From Candidatus Micrarchaeota archaeon (GTDB lineage Archaea; Micrarchaeota; Micrarchaeia; Anstonellales; Bilamarchaeaceae), in assembly GCA_043816005.1 (NCBI GenBank), contig JBDRIM010000078.1, positions 1 through 32,086 on the forward strand: DNA of 32,086 nucleotides. Reading direction: 5' to 3'. The notes under the pieces are model-generated. The model worked only from the letters and a program-made list of their open reading frames with translations, was not told the DNA's origin and made no database searches. This document shows positions 1 to 10,600 of this stretch, piece by piece. Made by a program: the position numbers and the translations under genes. The stretch's first letter is position 1, and every line of letters begins with the position of its first letter.

Positions 1-953
1 ATTGCACCACCATAAGCACGATCAATTAAAGTTTTGGCTGCTGATCGGAGTTCTTCTTTAGTAATTTTTTCTAGTTCTCTTTCTCGTTTCATACCAAAAA
101 AACCAAGAAGATTGGATGCTATCCTTCTGAATGCTTCTTCAAGATCTTTTCTAGTAGATGTTGCATGCAGCAAAATAGAGATGTCAACCTCAATTCTTCT
201 AGTACCATATGCAAATTCAGCCAAAGCTGCAATATATTCATCATTCTTGAAAGGGCTTCCAAGTGCGTAGGACAAACAATGTTCAAGTTCATGCGCAACA
301 ATTGCATCTTGCCCATCACATTCAAATACATAAAAACGGGGTTCGTTTCTGATGGCATATACCCCTCTTGCTGCTCCAAGATGATGAATGGACCCGTGAG
401 TATCATCTGGTGACGTTCTTGCACCAAGCGGTTTGATTCCATTTACCCAATGTAATAAGAGCCCAGAACCAGATACTGGAGTAAGATCAATTTTACTTTG
501 CACTTTTGCCAGTATCCATGCACCATCACGACAAACAAGGAATACTCCAGATGGCAATAGACCGTTTAATCTTAGGTTATCAAATTCAATAGCACCAGGT
601 AAATTTGAATCAGGTTGCATAAGATGACTTAACAACCCAGTCTTATGTGTAATAGCGACATGAGGAAAATACGCATAAAGTGCAGCTAATTTTTTAGAAT
701 CAGGTAAATAAAGAAGCTCTCTAGTTAAACAATAAACTTCTTCTTGTTTTGCACGATCAGTTTGAAATTGATTTACTGGCAATTGGTCTCTTCTTGAGGC
801 AACATCAACCCATGGCTGTGCAACGTGATCCCATCTAGAAATGTGAACAACTCTAGTATAAGCACGACGATTAGAAGAGGCATCAATTAATTTTTTGACA
901 GGAAATCTTGGTGATCCCAGTACTGTTCGTAAGTGTTCTTGTTTGTGTGTCAT
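1..953 (-). CDS. Hypothetical protein with HExxH zinc-metallopeptidase-like motif (partial, runs off the left edge)
   Basis: Not in the ORF track because it has no stop in the window. ATG at 953 (MTHKQEHLRTVLGSPRF...), frame read manually and open to position 3. Contains VAHELEHCLS (279-293 = HELEH) followed by DEYIAALAE. GTGAT RBS-like sequence lies between the upstream stop (962) and the ATG. Confidence 0.75.
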   Translation of the reverse strand, partial: MTHKQEHLRTVLGSPRFPVKKLIDASSNRRAYTRVVHISRWDHVAQPWVDVASRRDQLPVNQFQTDRAKQEEVYCLTRELLYLPDSKKLAALYAYFPHVAITHKTGLLSHLMQPDSNLPGAIEFDNLRLNGLLPSGVFLVCRDGAWILAKVQSKIDLTPVSGSGLLLHWVNGIKPLGARTSPDDTHGSIHHLGAARGVYAIRNEPRFYVFECDGQDAIVAHELEHCLSYALGSPFKNDEYIAALAEFAYGTRRIEVDISILLHATSTRKDLEEAFRRIASNLLGFFGMKRERELEKITKEELRSAAKTLIDRAYGGA

Positions 954-961
954 TTGATCAC

Positions 962-2194
962 TTATGAACTATCCATTCTCTGACCAAGCTGTTCGCGAAT
1001 AAACAGATTATAACGATGGGAAATCTCGTAAGAAAATCGAAGAACGACGTTGGCTGTGTTAAGATTACTTATTTCCGATCTGGTTGTTGGTGAAGTTGTT
1101 GCAATTTGTTTAAGCACTTCAAGTGGCTGACCAGTTTCAATAAAGGCTATTGCTCCTGCAATTGTTTCTAATGCAAAATCCAAAGTTCCCAGAATTAGAT
1201 GAGAATTTGGCCAATTTATATGGCATTGGAAAAGTGCATCTGCCACTCTACTGAGTTGATATTCAATTTCACTATCCTCCATTACGCCCGTAAATTCTTG
1301 TGCGTGGTAACGCATTTCAAGTGCCAATCTTTTGATTCGTGTCTCTGCAAGTGTAGTGCAAGTTGCGCCTAGCATGGCAATATCACTCAATATATCAAGT
1401 GCAACCATATGTGGATGTTCACGCATAAACGGACTAAAAGTATGTAATGGAATATCTTTGGTCATATCTAAAATTGCGATTAGTGGTGCATAAACTTCAA
1501 CAACTTGACCTTGAAGATCAAGATCAAGATTTACTGCCATTGCAGGATATGCACTCAGTCCGTGTCTGCGAAGAGCGCTAACTGCGAGTAAAAGAGATTC
1601 AATATTTCCTGTTACAGTAACGAATGTAGCTCCAGAAGTCTCATCCTCAACAAGCCTGATTGGCTGGGTGAAAATATCACCTGCACACATTAAGCGATCA
1701 GGAAGAGCAAGGGAAGGATCGTGTCTGTCTGTATTGGCAGTGATAAAATCAGGATTCAGAATAAAACCAAATCTACTCTTAAAAATACGAGAAATCGCAC
1801 CATCTAATTGAGGGTGATAAGGACGAACACTATCAATAACTCGATCAGCAACTCCTTGAATATTTGTAGGTTGAACTCTTGTAAAAATTTCTGAACGGAA
1901 AATTTCAATTTCGCCTCTGCCACTATCTTTTGCAACTCGATCGGCATATGGACCGTTTTCCAAGTCTATAGAATGTCCCCTAAGTGCAGGGGCTTTATCT
2001 GAAAGTTGTTTGTAAACAGTATCGCCACCAACTAAAGGACCAACAAGCCTCAAAAAACCACGCGCACCTTTTGGTCTTTCACCAAGACCAAGTACATAAC
2101 CAGGAGTACCACATTCGGATACAACTGGACCACCAACGCCATCTTTTCCAAATTTAATTCTTTGAACAGAACCAACATGAATAGTAGATGTCAT
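962..2194 (-). CDS. Hypothetical protein, possibly a degenerate transglutaminase-like fold
   Basis: Long ORF; ATG at 2194 (MTSTIHV) preferred to the TTG at 2212. TGNIESLLLAVSALRRHGLSAYPA resembles the GxCxxxAxLxxALxRxxGIPA helix but has no Cys. Confidence 0.65.
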   Translation of the reverse strand: MTSTIHVGSVQRIKFGKDGVGGPVVSECGTPGYVLGLGERPKGARGFLRLVGPLVGGDTVYKQLSDKAPALRGHSIDLENGPYADRVAKDSGRGEIEIFRSEIFTRVQPTNIQGVADRVIDSVRPYHPQLDGAISRIFKSRFGFILNPDFITANTDRHDPSLALPDRLMCAGDIFTQPIRLVEDETSGATFVTVTGNIESLLLAVSALRRHGLSAYPAMAVNLDLDLQGQVVEVYAPLIAILDMTKDIPLHTFSPFMREHPHMVALDILSDIAMLGATCTTLAETRIKRLALEMRYHAQEFTGVMEDSEIEYQLSRVADALFQCHINWPNSHLILGTLDFALETIAGAIAFIETGQPLEVLKQIATTSPTTRSEISNLNTANVVLRFSYEISHRYNLFIREQLGQRMDSS

Positions 2195-2361
2195 GGTACA
2201 ATTGTGGTACAAATGGTATAAAAAGGTATAGTATGAGCTATTGAGGTTAGCACGACGACTGACGATTACCTATTAGATACGTTTAAATTAGCTATTAGGT
2301 TTATCCTAAAATCTCTAATTCGCAACCCATGCGGATGTAAACCAGAATATAGGATGATAAT

Positions 2362-4176
2362 ATGGAATTTGTATGTAAAATTGCCGGTCAAGCTGGAGCA
2401 GGCGTGATGACAACCGGTAGACTAATGATCAAATGCTTTACAAGAGGCGGTTTCAATGCCGTAGGTTATCCTGAATATCCCTCACTCATTAGAGGTGGAC
2501 ACAATACTGTTCAGGTAAGAGTGAGTAGTAAACCAATAAACTCGCCATTACAAACCCAGGATCTTGTTATTGCATTGAACAAAGATGCTGTATTCTACCA
2601 TATGGAAACAATGAATGAAAATGGAATAATTATTCATGATCAACTTATTGACGTAAGTAAATTCAAAGTAAGACCAGAAGTAAAAATGTATCCAATACCA
2701 CTTACCAAATTAACTCAGGATGCAGGTGGAACAGAACAAATGAAGAACACTGTTGCACTTGGTGCAGCTCTTGCAGTAGTTGACTATCCATTTGATGTTT
2801 TAGCAGGAATAATGAAAGATGAGTTCGGACGCAAAGGGGATGAGGTAGTAAAAAAGAATATAGATGCTGCAAAAGCAGGGTATGATTTTGTTAACAATAG
2901 CAAAATAAAAAGTACTAAAGCACTCAAACCAATTTCAGATAAAAGAAAATTAATTATTAGTGGAAATGAAGCAATAACACTTGGTGCAATACAAGGTGGG
3001 ATGAAATTCTATGCAGCCTATCCTATGACACCAGCATCTACAATTCTTCATTATATGATAGAGAATGAACAGAAATTTGATCTTGTTGTTAAACAAACAG
3101 AAGATGAGATTGCAGCCATGAATTATACGATTGGAGCCTCATTTGCAGGTGCAAGAGCAATGGTTGGAACTTCAGGGGGCGGATTTGCACTTATGGTAGA
3201 AGCATTCGGTTTGGCTGCAATATCGGAAACACCAATAGTTGTAGCAATAGCACAAAGAGTTGGTCCAAGTACAGGAATGCCAACCTGGACTGAACAAGGT
3301 GATTTGAGATTCGTCCTTCATGCTTCACAGGGAGATTTTCTAAGAGTCGTACTTGCACCTGGTGATGTACAAGAAAGTTTTTTCCTAACTGCAAAGGCGT
3401 TTAATCTTGCAGAAAAATATCAGATTCCAGTTGTTGTGATTACCGATAAACATTTAGGAGAAAGTGTATTTTCAACAGAAAAATTTAATTTGAAAAAAGT
3501 AAAGATAGAAAGAGGAAAAATTGTAAATGAACTTCCAGCTCTTGAGCCAATGGGAAGATGGAAAAGATATGCATTCAGCGAAGATGGAGTATCTGCAAGA
3601 GTATTTCCAGGAACACCAAATGGGATACATGTTGCATCATCATATGAGCATGATGAATGTGGATTTAGCTCTGAAAGTTTTAGTATGAGAGTAAAACAAG
3701 TGCAGAAAAGAGCGAAAAAATTAGCTGCAGTTCTTGATGAAATGGATCCACCAAAAACATATGGTTCTTTGGCAAAAAATGCAGAAGTAGTTTTGATTGG
3801 ATGGGGTTCACAAAAATTATCTGTTCTTGATGCACTTAAAATTCTTGAACATAGAGGGATAAAAGCAAAATTTGTTCATTTTAATCATATCTACCCACTG
3901 CATGAAAAAACAATAAAAAAAGCAGTACATGGAGCGAAAGTTACGATAATGATTGAAAATAATTCAGGTGCACAATTTGCGGGCATCCTAAGAGAATTGT
4001 CTGGAGTGGAAATGGATTTCCATCTTTTGAAATATGATGGACGACCATTCTTCCCAGAGCAAATTGCTGATGAAGTGGAAAAATTGAAGAAAGCAGGGTA
4101 TAAGGGAAAGAAAGAGATTGTCGTTACGGAGAAAGATGATCTCGAATATTATAGGCCTAGTAGATACGGTCTTTAG
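2362..4176 (+). CDS. korA: 2-oxoacid:ferredoxin oxidoreductase alpha subunit (fused gamma-alpha)
   Basis: GQAGAGV and YPSLIRGGH in the gamma domain; SGNEAI, YPMTP, EDEIAA, TSGGGF and RVGPSTGMPT motifs. Substrate specificity cannot be determined. Confidence 0.95.
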   Translation: MEFVCKIAGQAGAGVMTTGRLMIKCFTRGGFNAVGYPEYPSLIRGGHNTVQVRVSSKPINSPLQTQDLVIALNKDAVFYHMETMNENGIIIHDQLIDVSKFKVRPEVKMYPIPLTKLTQDAGGTEQMKNTVALGAALAVVDYPFDVLAGIMKDEFGRKGDEVVKKNIDAAKAGYDFVNNSKIKSTKALKPISDKRKLIISGNEAITLGAIQGGMKFYAAYPMTPASTILHYMIENEQKFDLVVKQTEDEIAAMNYTIGASFAGARAMVGTSGGGFALMVEAFGLAAISETPIVVAIAQRVGPSTGMPTWTEQGDLRFVLHASQGDFLRVVLAPGDVQESFFLTAKAFNLAEKYQIPVVVITDKHLGESVFSTEKFNLKKVKIERGKIVNELPALEPMGRWKRYAFSEDGVSARVFPGTPNGIHVASSYEHDECGFSSESFSMRVKQVQKRAKKLAAVLDEMDPPKTYGSLAKNAEVVLIGWGSQKLSVLDALKILEHRGIKAKFVHFNHIYPLHEKTIKKAVHGAKVTIMIENNSGAQFAGILRELSGVEMDFHLLKYDGRPFFPEQIADEVEKLKKAGYKGKKEIVVTEKDDLEYYRPSRYGL

Positions 4177-4184
4177 GTGATCTT

Positions 4185-5051
4185 ATGATTCAAACTGATT
4201 TTAATGTAAAGGAAAAATCGCAATGGTGTCCAGGTTGTGGGGATCATGCGATAATAGGAGCAGTAAAAGCTGCATTGAACGAATTAGGCATAGAACCTTA
4301 CAACACAGTTATTTCTTCAGGAATAGGGTGCAGTGGAAAAAGCCCGCATTATGTTAATGTATATGGATTTGAAGGGATACACGGTCGTTCTCTTCCAGTT
4401 GCTTCTGGGGTAAAGCTTGCAAATAATAAACTTACAGTACTTGCAATGGGGGGAGATGGCGATGGATATGGGATAGGTGCTGGCCATTTTATCCATATTA
4501 TGAGAAGGAATTACGATCTCACATATATAGTACATGATAATCAAATATACGGTCTTACAACAGGACAGGCATCCCCAACATCACAGTTGGGAATGAAAAC
4601 AAAGACTACACCAAAAGGAGTTGTAGAAACCCCGTTCAATCCCCTTGCAAATGCAATTGTTGGAGGTGCAACTTTTGTTGCAAGATCTTTTGCCGGTGAT
4701 ATGAATCATTTGAAAACTATGATGAAAGAGGCAATTGCACATAGAGGATTTGCACTTCTTGATGTTTTCCAGCCATGTGTTACTTTCAATAGAATCAACA
4801 CTTACGAATTTTTTACAAAAAGAATTTACAAGCTTCAAGAAGCTGGCCATGATGTGGAAGACCGGATGAAAGGACTTGAAAAGGCATTTGAAGCTGAAAA
4901 AACAGATTATGAAAAGCTTCCGATTGGTATTTTCTATAAAGTGAATAGACCGACTTATGAGGATACATTACCGCAGATAAAAGAAATTCCGCTGGTGCAC
5001 CATGATTTGACAAAAATTGATGTGTCTTCAATTTATGATAGTTTGATGTGA
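4185..5051 (+). CDS. korB: 2-oxoacid:ferredoxin oxidoreductase beta subunit
   Basis: WCPGCG, SGIGCS, HGR, TPP-binding GGDGD...DNQIYGLTTGQ and QPCVTFN; AGGTGA RBS overlaps the korA stop. Confidence 0.95.
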   Translation: MIQTDFNVKEKSQWCPGCGDHAIIGAVKAALNELGIEPYNTVISSGIGCSGKSPHYVNVYGFEGIHGRSLPVASGVKLANNKLTVLAMGGDGDGYGIGAGHFIHIMRRNYDLTYIVHDNQIYGLTTGQASPTSQLGMKTKTTPKGVVETPFNPLANAIVGGATFVARSFAGDMNHLKTMMKEAIAHRGFALLDVFQPCVTFNRINTYEFFTKRIYKLQEAGHDVEDRMKGLEKAFEAEKTDYEKLPIGIFYKVNRPTYEDTLPQIKEIPLVHHDLTKIDVSSIYDSLM

Positions 5052-5100
5052 CTTCTTCGAATAGAAATGTTTATTTCTACAACTATTAAAAGATAACTTT

Positions 5101-6288
5101 ATGTGTGCATCGAGACAGGTAGTAAGAGGCGATGATAAGCCAGTAGCAATAACCCACCCAGCACTTCAAATAATAACACATGATGATAAACTAAGGGAAG
5201 AAGATATACGAAGGACAGTAGCAATAAAGTTGGATGCATTTAATAGATATTTACAACACCCAGAAAACCTACAAAGTTCGAATGGAAGACTGGCTGCCAT
5301 AAAACTTTACAGAGAAATTCTTGAACTTGCAGGTGGAGAAAGAGAGGTGTTTAGTCCAATATTACCAATAACCATGGTAAATTGGAGCCAAACTAAAAAA
5401 GACACATTTTTTTGTATAGCAATGATGAGTGCAGATAGAGAAGGAGAGAGACAAATTATATTAGAGGATTGGGCAGCAACCCATGTATCTATTCCGGATA
5501 CAAAGAACCTTCTATCAGAAATAGATAAAAATGGAGTACTCAAAAGCACAAAGTTCAAGTATCTTTTCGGAAATCGTGATACTTCAAGTAAACTCGGAAA
5601 CATTTATGCTAGAATAGTACTTGGAACTGAAAAAACAAAGTACTTGAAAGAATTAGGAATTGAACATTTTTTGAGATACAGTCCTGGCACATTAGAAAAA
5701 ACAGTTGATTTTTTTCAAGGTAGAATGACTGCTGGAGAAGTAAATTTTGCCATGTATTCAAAATATGACCATAATGGTGCTTTCAACAACAACTTCATTG
5801 ATTTTTGGGAGATTGGGAGTAAAGGTGGCAGAGTGGTTGTTATTGAATGGGACAGACCAGAAAAATTAGTAGACGGATTGACTCGCTTTGCTGAACAACT
5901 AGCAGCATATAAGCAACAGGGTAAGGAGTTTACACTACATAATGGAATTTTAGCTGGACATGGAGATGTTAGATCTATTGGTGGGGCCAAAGATGATAAC
6001 GAAACTGCCTTGGATGTAAAGGATAGAGTTATTTTTGATCAGCTTAGTATGCTTGCAACAAAAATTAAGTTCAAACGATTAATCATAAATGCATGCAGCA
6101 CCTTAGAAGAAAAAGACGATCCTAATTTCGCATCAATTGCAGAAATGATACAGTTAACAGGACTTACGGATGCGAGTTATGCATCTGTTAGATCTATAGG
6201 CACCAGATTAGATTATGATAAAGATGGGAATATTGTAGCTCGGGCAAATGATGGTATACCAGCGTACAAAAAACTAGAGGAAAATTAA
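5101..6288 (+). CDS. Hypothetical protein with C-terminal caspase-hemoglobinase-fold (clan CD) protease-like dyad
   Basis: 395-aa ORF; GILAGHG (His-Gly) and RLIINACST (Ala-Cys), each after a hydrophobic strand, about 44 aa apart. Confidence 0.6.
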   Translation: MCASRQVVRGDDKPVAITHPALQIITHDDKLREEDIRRTVAIKLDAFNRYLQHPENLQSSNGRLAAIKLYREILELAGGEREVFSPILPITMVNWSQTKKDTFFCIAMMSADREGERQIILEDWAATHVSIPDTKNLLSEIDKNGVLKSTKFKYLFGNRDTSSKLGNIYARIVLGTEKTKYLKELGIEHFLRYSPGTLEKTVDFFQGRMTAGEVNFAMYSKYDHNGAFNNNFIDFWEIGSKGGRVVVIEWDRPEKLVDGLTRFAEQLAAYKQQGKEFTLHNGILAGHGDVRSIGGAKDDNETALDVKDRVIFDQLSMLATKIKFKRLIINACSTLEEKDDPNFASIAEMIQLTGLTDASYASVRSIGTRLDYDKDGNIVARANDGIPAYKKLEEN

Positions 6289-7544
6289 TCTTTCTTCGCA
6301 CTCTCATTTTTTTGATATTCTAAAAAGTTAACCACAATTTGTGCCCCATTTAGAATTGCAAGTGGCATGAGCTCCTGTGCTTGTGCAAAACATTCTGCAT
6401 TACTTAGTTTTCCTGTTTTTTGCTGATCAGGATCTGTCCCTTTAGCATCAACACTTCTGAATCGTTGTGTGTTAACTACGATCCCATCAATAAATGCCAT
6501 TAATTTTTGATCAATATTTGAACTATCCCAAGCATCTACAGACGGCGGAGAAAGAGGTTTGCTGTTCCAGATTCTTACATTTGCTTCGTTTTGCAATCTG
6601 GCAATGTGTCCATAGTCTGTTCTAGTTGTCCAGCCTTCTAAAGAATCAAGATTACCTGGTCCATGAGGATCATTATGAACATGTGCTGGTGCATGAAGAT
6701 CCTGAACAAGATGCATCATATGCCCAAGTGCAGTAAATGTATTTGGTATGTCGCCTTTTTGATAGAAATCAGATGCAATTTTCCAATATAATTTGATTCT
6801 ATCTGATGCACTCTGGAATTTTAATTCGTTGCCAAGAAGAGTCAGGCCGTGTTCTCCATTATAGAAATGTCCGAAATATGGTCGATTAAGTGAATCAAGA
6901 TCTTCTCTACCACCAGTGAAAAATCTTCCAAGCGCTGAAACAACATGGAAAAGAACTCCCATGAAAGTAGTTTTAGTATGAGACATTTCCTTGAGAACTT
7001 TAGCTAGTTCTTTGTTTTTTGTTTTAAAACGAGATGGATCAGTAAGGCAAATATTATCTAGTTTTTCTCCTGGTGCAAACACAAAATCTTCTGCACCTGC
7101 ACCAACAACCAAATGAGTAGTGTATTCGACCACCTGTGCATGAGCAGCAAGTAATTTAGCTGATTCATACGCAAGATATTCATGGCATGCAGTTGTTTGT
7201 CTTAAAATTCTACCAAGTTCTTTTTGAGCATCACGATAGGAAATTTGTTTTTTACCTGGATCTGGAGATTCGCCAGGAGTTAGTATATCATTAGACTTCC
7301 AATGGGCAATTTCATAAGCTGGGGATCGTTTTGAATGTGCATCACCAGTACTGAACTGCATAGTTGTAGGTTTTTGTGGTTCTGGCCATTGTACTTTGAT
7401 TGTCGGAATATGACCTCCTCTTGAAGCAGGAGACATTAATGGAGGGGGAAACATAGTATCAAAAAAAGCATCTCTAAATCCCCTCAGTCTGTCTTTTGCA
7501 CTTTCAGCAAAACGAGCAGCTCTCCCACCTTGTAAATTACGCAT
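6285..7544 (-). CDS. Zinc-dependent phospholipase C / P1-nuclease superfamily protein
   Basis: CHEYLA, GAGAED, GHFYN and ALGHMMHLVQDLHAPAH...LE motifs in the expected order; about 115-aa N-terminal extension. Confidence 0.7.
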   Translation of the reverse strand: MRNLQGGRAARFAESAKDRLRGFRDAFFDTMFPPPLMSPASRGGHIPTIKVQWPEPQKPTTMQFSTGDAHSKRSPAYEIAHWKSNDILTPGESPDPGKKQISYRDAQKELGRILRQTTACHEYLAYESAKLLAAHAQVVEYTTHLVVGAGAEDFVFAPGEKLDNICLTDPSRFKTKNKELAKVLKEMSHTKTTFMGVLFHVVSALGRFFTGGREDLDSLNRPYFGHFYNGEHGLTLLGNELKFQSASDRIKLYWKIASDFYQKGDIPNTFTALGHMMHLVQDLHAPAHVHNDPHGPGNLDSLEGWTTRTDYGHIARLQNEANVRIWNSKPLSPPSVDAWDSSNIDQKLMAFIDGIVVNTQRFRSVDAKGTDPDQQKTGKLSNAECFAQAQELMPLAILNGAQIVVNFLEYQKNESAKKD

Positions 7545-7654
7545 GAATACCCTCCTTCTTTCAAATACTCAACAAATATGTACATAGAACACCTTTTAAA
7601 ACCACGATAAACTATCACAATATTGTTAAAAACATCAAATGCTAAATAAAAAAA

Positions 7655-10600
7655 ATGCAACTAGTCCCAAGAGCCTACCAGCTTTCAATTTACAATTCGA
7701 TAATGCAGCATGGCAATACGCTAGTTGTACTGCCAACAGGACTTGGGAAAACGCTCATTGCTTTGATGCTTATTAAGGACAAAATGAAACTCGGTAGATG
7801 TCTTTTTCTTACGCCGACAAAACCACTTGCCAAACAACACTACCATTCAGTAATGAAAACACTGGAACTCAGTGAAAAGAATGTCGCATTAATTAGTGGA
7901 GAAGTAGCACCGAAAAAAAGAAAAGAAATGTATTTGACAGATATTATCATCAGTACTCCCCAGACCATAAAAAATGATCTTGAGAAAGGCATTCTTGAAC
8001 CAATATTCTCATTAGTTATTTTTGATGAATGTCATCGATCTATTGGAAATTATGCTTACACTTACGTTTCAGATAAACTTCACGATGTCAACGATCCAAA
8101 AAAAACACTGTTTATTGGTCTTACTGCCTCACCCGGAGGAAGGATGGATAGAATAAAAGAAGTCATGGATACTCTCAAAATAGATAATGTTGAGATACGA
8201 GATCAAAATGATTCGGACGTTGCACCATATGTACAAAAAAATATTGTGAGTTGGATACCAATTGAGCTTTCGGAACATTTCAAGGACATTAGAAAAGAAC
8301 TTGAGGGACTTACGTCAAAATATGCACAACGACTGGCAGGAATGGGATTTCCCCCGCCATTAAAACATAAAGGAAAATTTATGGCATTGCGTCAGAGAAT
8401 TTTAGATATACCACATAACATAAAATATCCTGCTTTGATTCAATATTCCGTTCTCCTTCACCTTCTCCACATGACTGAGCTTTTGGAAACACAAGGTCTG
8501 TATCCTCTTCGTGGTTATTTGGAAAAATTAGGGGAAAAAGATACCAAATCAGCGAAACTTCTTCTTAATGAACCTTCTCTGGACAAAGTGAAAAAACTTT
8601 GTGAAGATGATGAAGACCATCCTAAAATGAAAGTGCTTGTTGATGTTATAAAAAAATTAGGTGGGAAAAAAATTATTGTTTTTGTACAATACCGAGCCCA
8701 GATTTCAAGAATAGAAGAAGTATTGAAACAAAATGGAATTACTGCGAAACAGTTTGTTGGTAAAAAGGATGGAGTTACAAAAAAAATACAGGAAGAAACA
8801 ATTGCAGAGTTTAGAGAAGGGAAATTTGATGTTATGGTTGCGAGTAGTGTGCATCATAACGAGTATATAATAATCAGAAATGATAAAACCAAAGAAATTA
8901 GATTAGAGAAAATAGGCGAATTTGTTGATAAATATATTAAAGAGGACGTAGTTGGAACTGCAAGCAAAAAAATAGATGGTTTTTCAACATTATCCTATGA
9001 CGAAGATAAAGTAGATTTCTTTAGTGTTACGCATGTTCATAAACATGAACGAATTTCAAGAGTAGTACGTGCGAAAACACGATCTGGATTTAACGCCTTA
9101 ATTACTGAGGACCATAGTCTTTTTTCATTCAACCGTAAAGGTCGATTGATTTCAACTATACCACAAAAAATAAATTCATCAAAATAGCCTTATCTGTCCC
9201 AGATTCTTTTTTGGATAAAAAAATCGATTTGGTCAGGGAATTGGTGAATGTTGAAGACAAAGAAGTCTCGGAAAAAGTCTTTTGTATGATTGAGGGAATG
9301 GACCAGGCTAGAATAAGGATATACACGACAAATCGAAAAATTCTTTCTATAATTAAAAACGCAAAATTCTCAGTTTCTGATGTGGCCAACGCTTCAATGC
9401 TCAATGAATCTACGATAATAGATGGATACAAAAGACTGCAAAAAGAAATAAAGGTTAAAAAAACAGGCAGGAAAACATTCTTGAGTATAACTGAAGAAGG
9501 GAAACAATACCTAGAGTTTTTAGAATGGTTTTTTTCTAACTGCACATATAAAAAACAAAAATACCGTGTTCCACTCAATTCTGTAGCTGCATTGCCTATT
9601 TCACTTGAGAAGTATTGTGAGATAAGTGTTGGGGTTATTTATGGGAAAACTAAGCTACCTAGATACATTCCTATTACTCCATCTCTTGCTGAGTTTTTGG
9701 GGTATTATGTTTCTGAAGGACATGCAAGGAAAACAACCAAAACAGGCGAAATATTCCTTGCCGCTCAAGTAAAAGAAATGCAAAAACGGATGAAAGAAAG
9801 TGTAGAACTAGGTCTTGGATTGAAGGTATCCGTAACCAAAAATGGAGTTGGGATTCATTCGCAACTTGCCTATTTGCTTGTAAAATATGTATTCAAATGT
9901 GGCATAGGTGCATACCATAAAGAGGTCCCAAACTGCATTTTCACTGCTAATCCACAATGTAAATGGAAATTTATAGAGGGGTACACACGCGGAGATGGAC
10001 ATCTTGCTGCAGATCGTATCTGTCTGGTATCAGTAAGCAGAAAGCTTATTTGTGGTCTGGTATTCTTATTACGCCAACTTCGTATTAAAAAAATAAGTCT
10101 AGTAAAATCGAAGTACAGGTCAACTTATGAGCTATATATATCTGAATCATTCCCGTTTCATAAAATTACTCCAAACCATGGCAACAAAGCATACTATAAT
10201 GTTGTACCTGCAGCTTTATATTCTGAAAAAATATTCGATAAATTTTCCAATGATTACCTAGAAAAAAATAACGGACGCATCAGGCTTAAGTTGAAGAGAA
10301 AGATAACTGAGCATAATTGCTTCGATTACATACAGAGTCTAGAAGTATTAGAAGAACAACCGCAACACGTGTATGATATTTCTGTCAAAGGAACAGAACG
10401 ATTCTTTGGCGGACCTGGACTGGTTTGTCTCCATAACAGTATTGGAGAGGAAGGTTTAGATATTCCTGCGGTGGATGCAGTAATATTTTATGAACCAGTT
10501 CCAAGTGAAATAAGAAGCATCCAAAGAAGGGGAAGAGCTGCAAGGTTAAAGGAAGGTCAAGTTATTGTTCTGATGACGCTAGGGACAAGAGATGAATATT

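Noticed and set aside
34..627. Short track ORFs 34-270, 119-442, 165-413 and 433-627
   Set aside because: Antisense or off-frame shadows of the long minus-strand ORF starting at 953.
2298..2343. Possible structured leader or riboswitch upstream of korA (GGTTTATCC...GGATGTAAACC)
   Set aside because: Short, bulged pairing that overlaps the likely promoter; no TPP-riboswitch (CUGAGA) or other known consensus.
9185..9187. TAG read-through (pyrrolysine) in hef
   Set aside because: The continuation is in a different frame, and the same frame stops again shortly afterwards.
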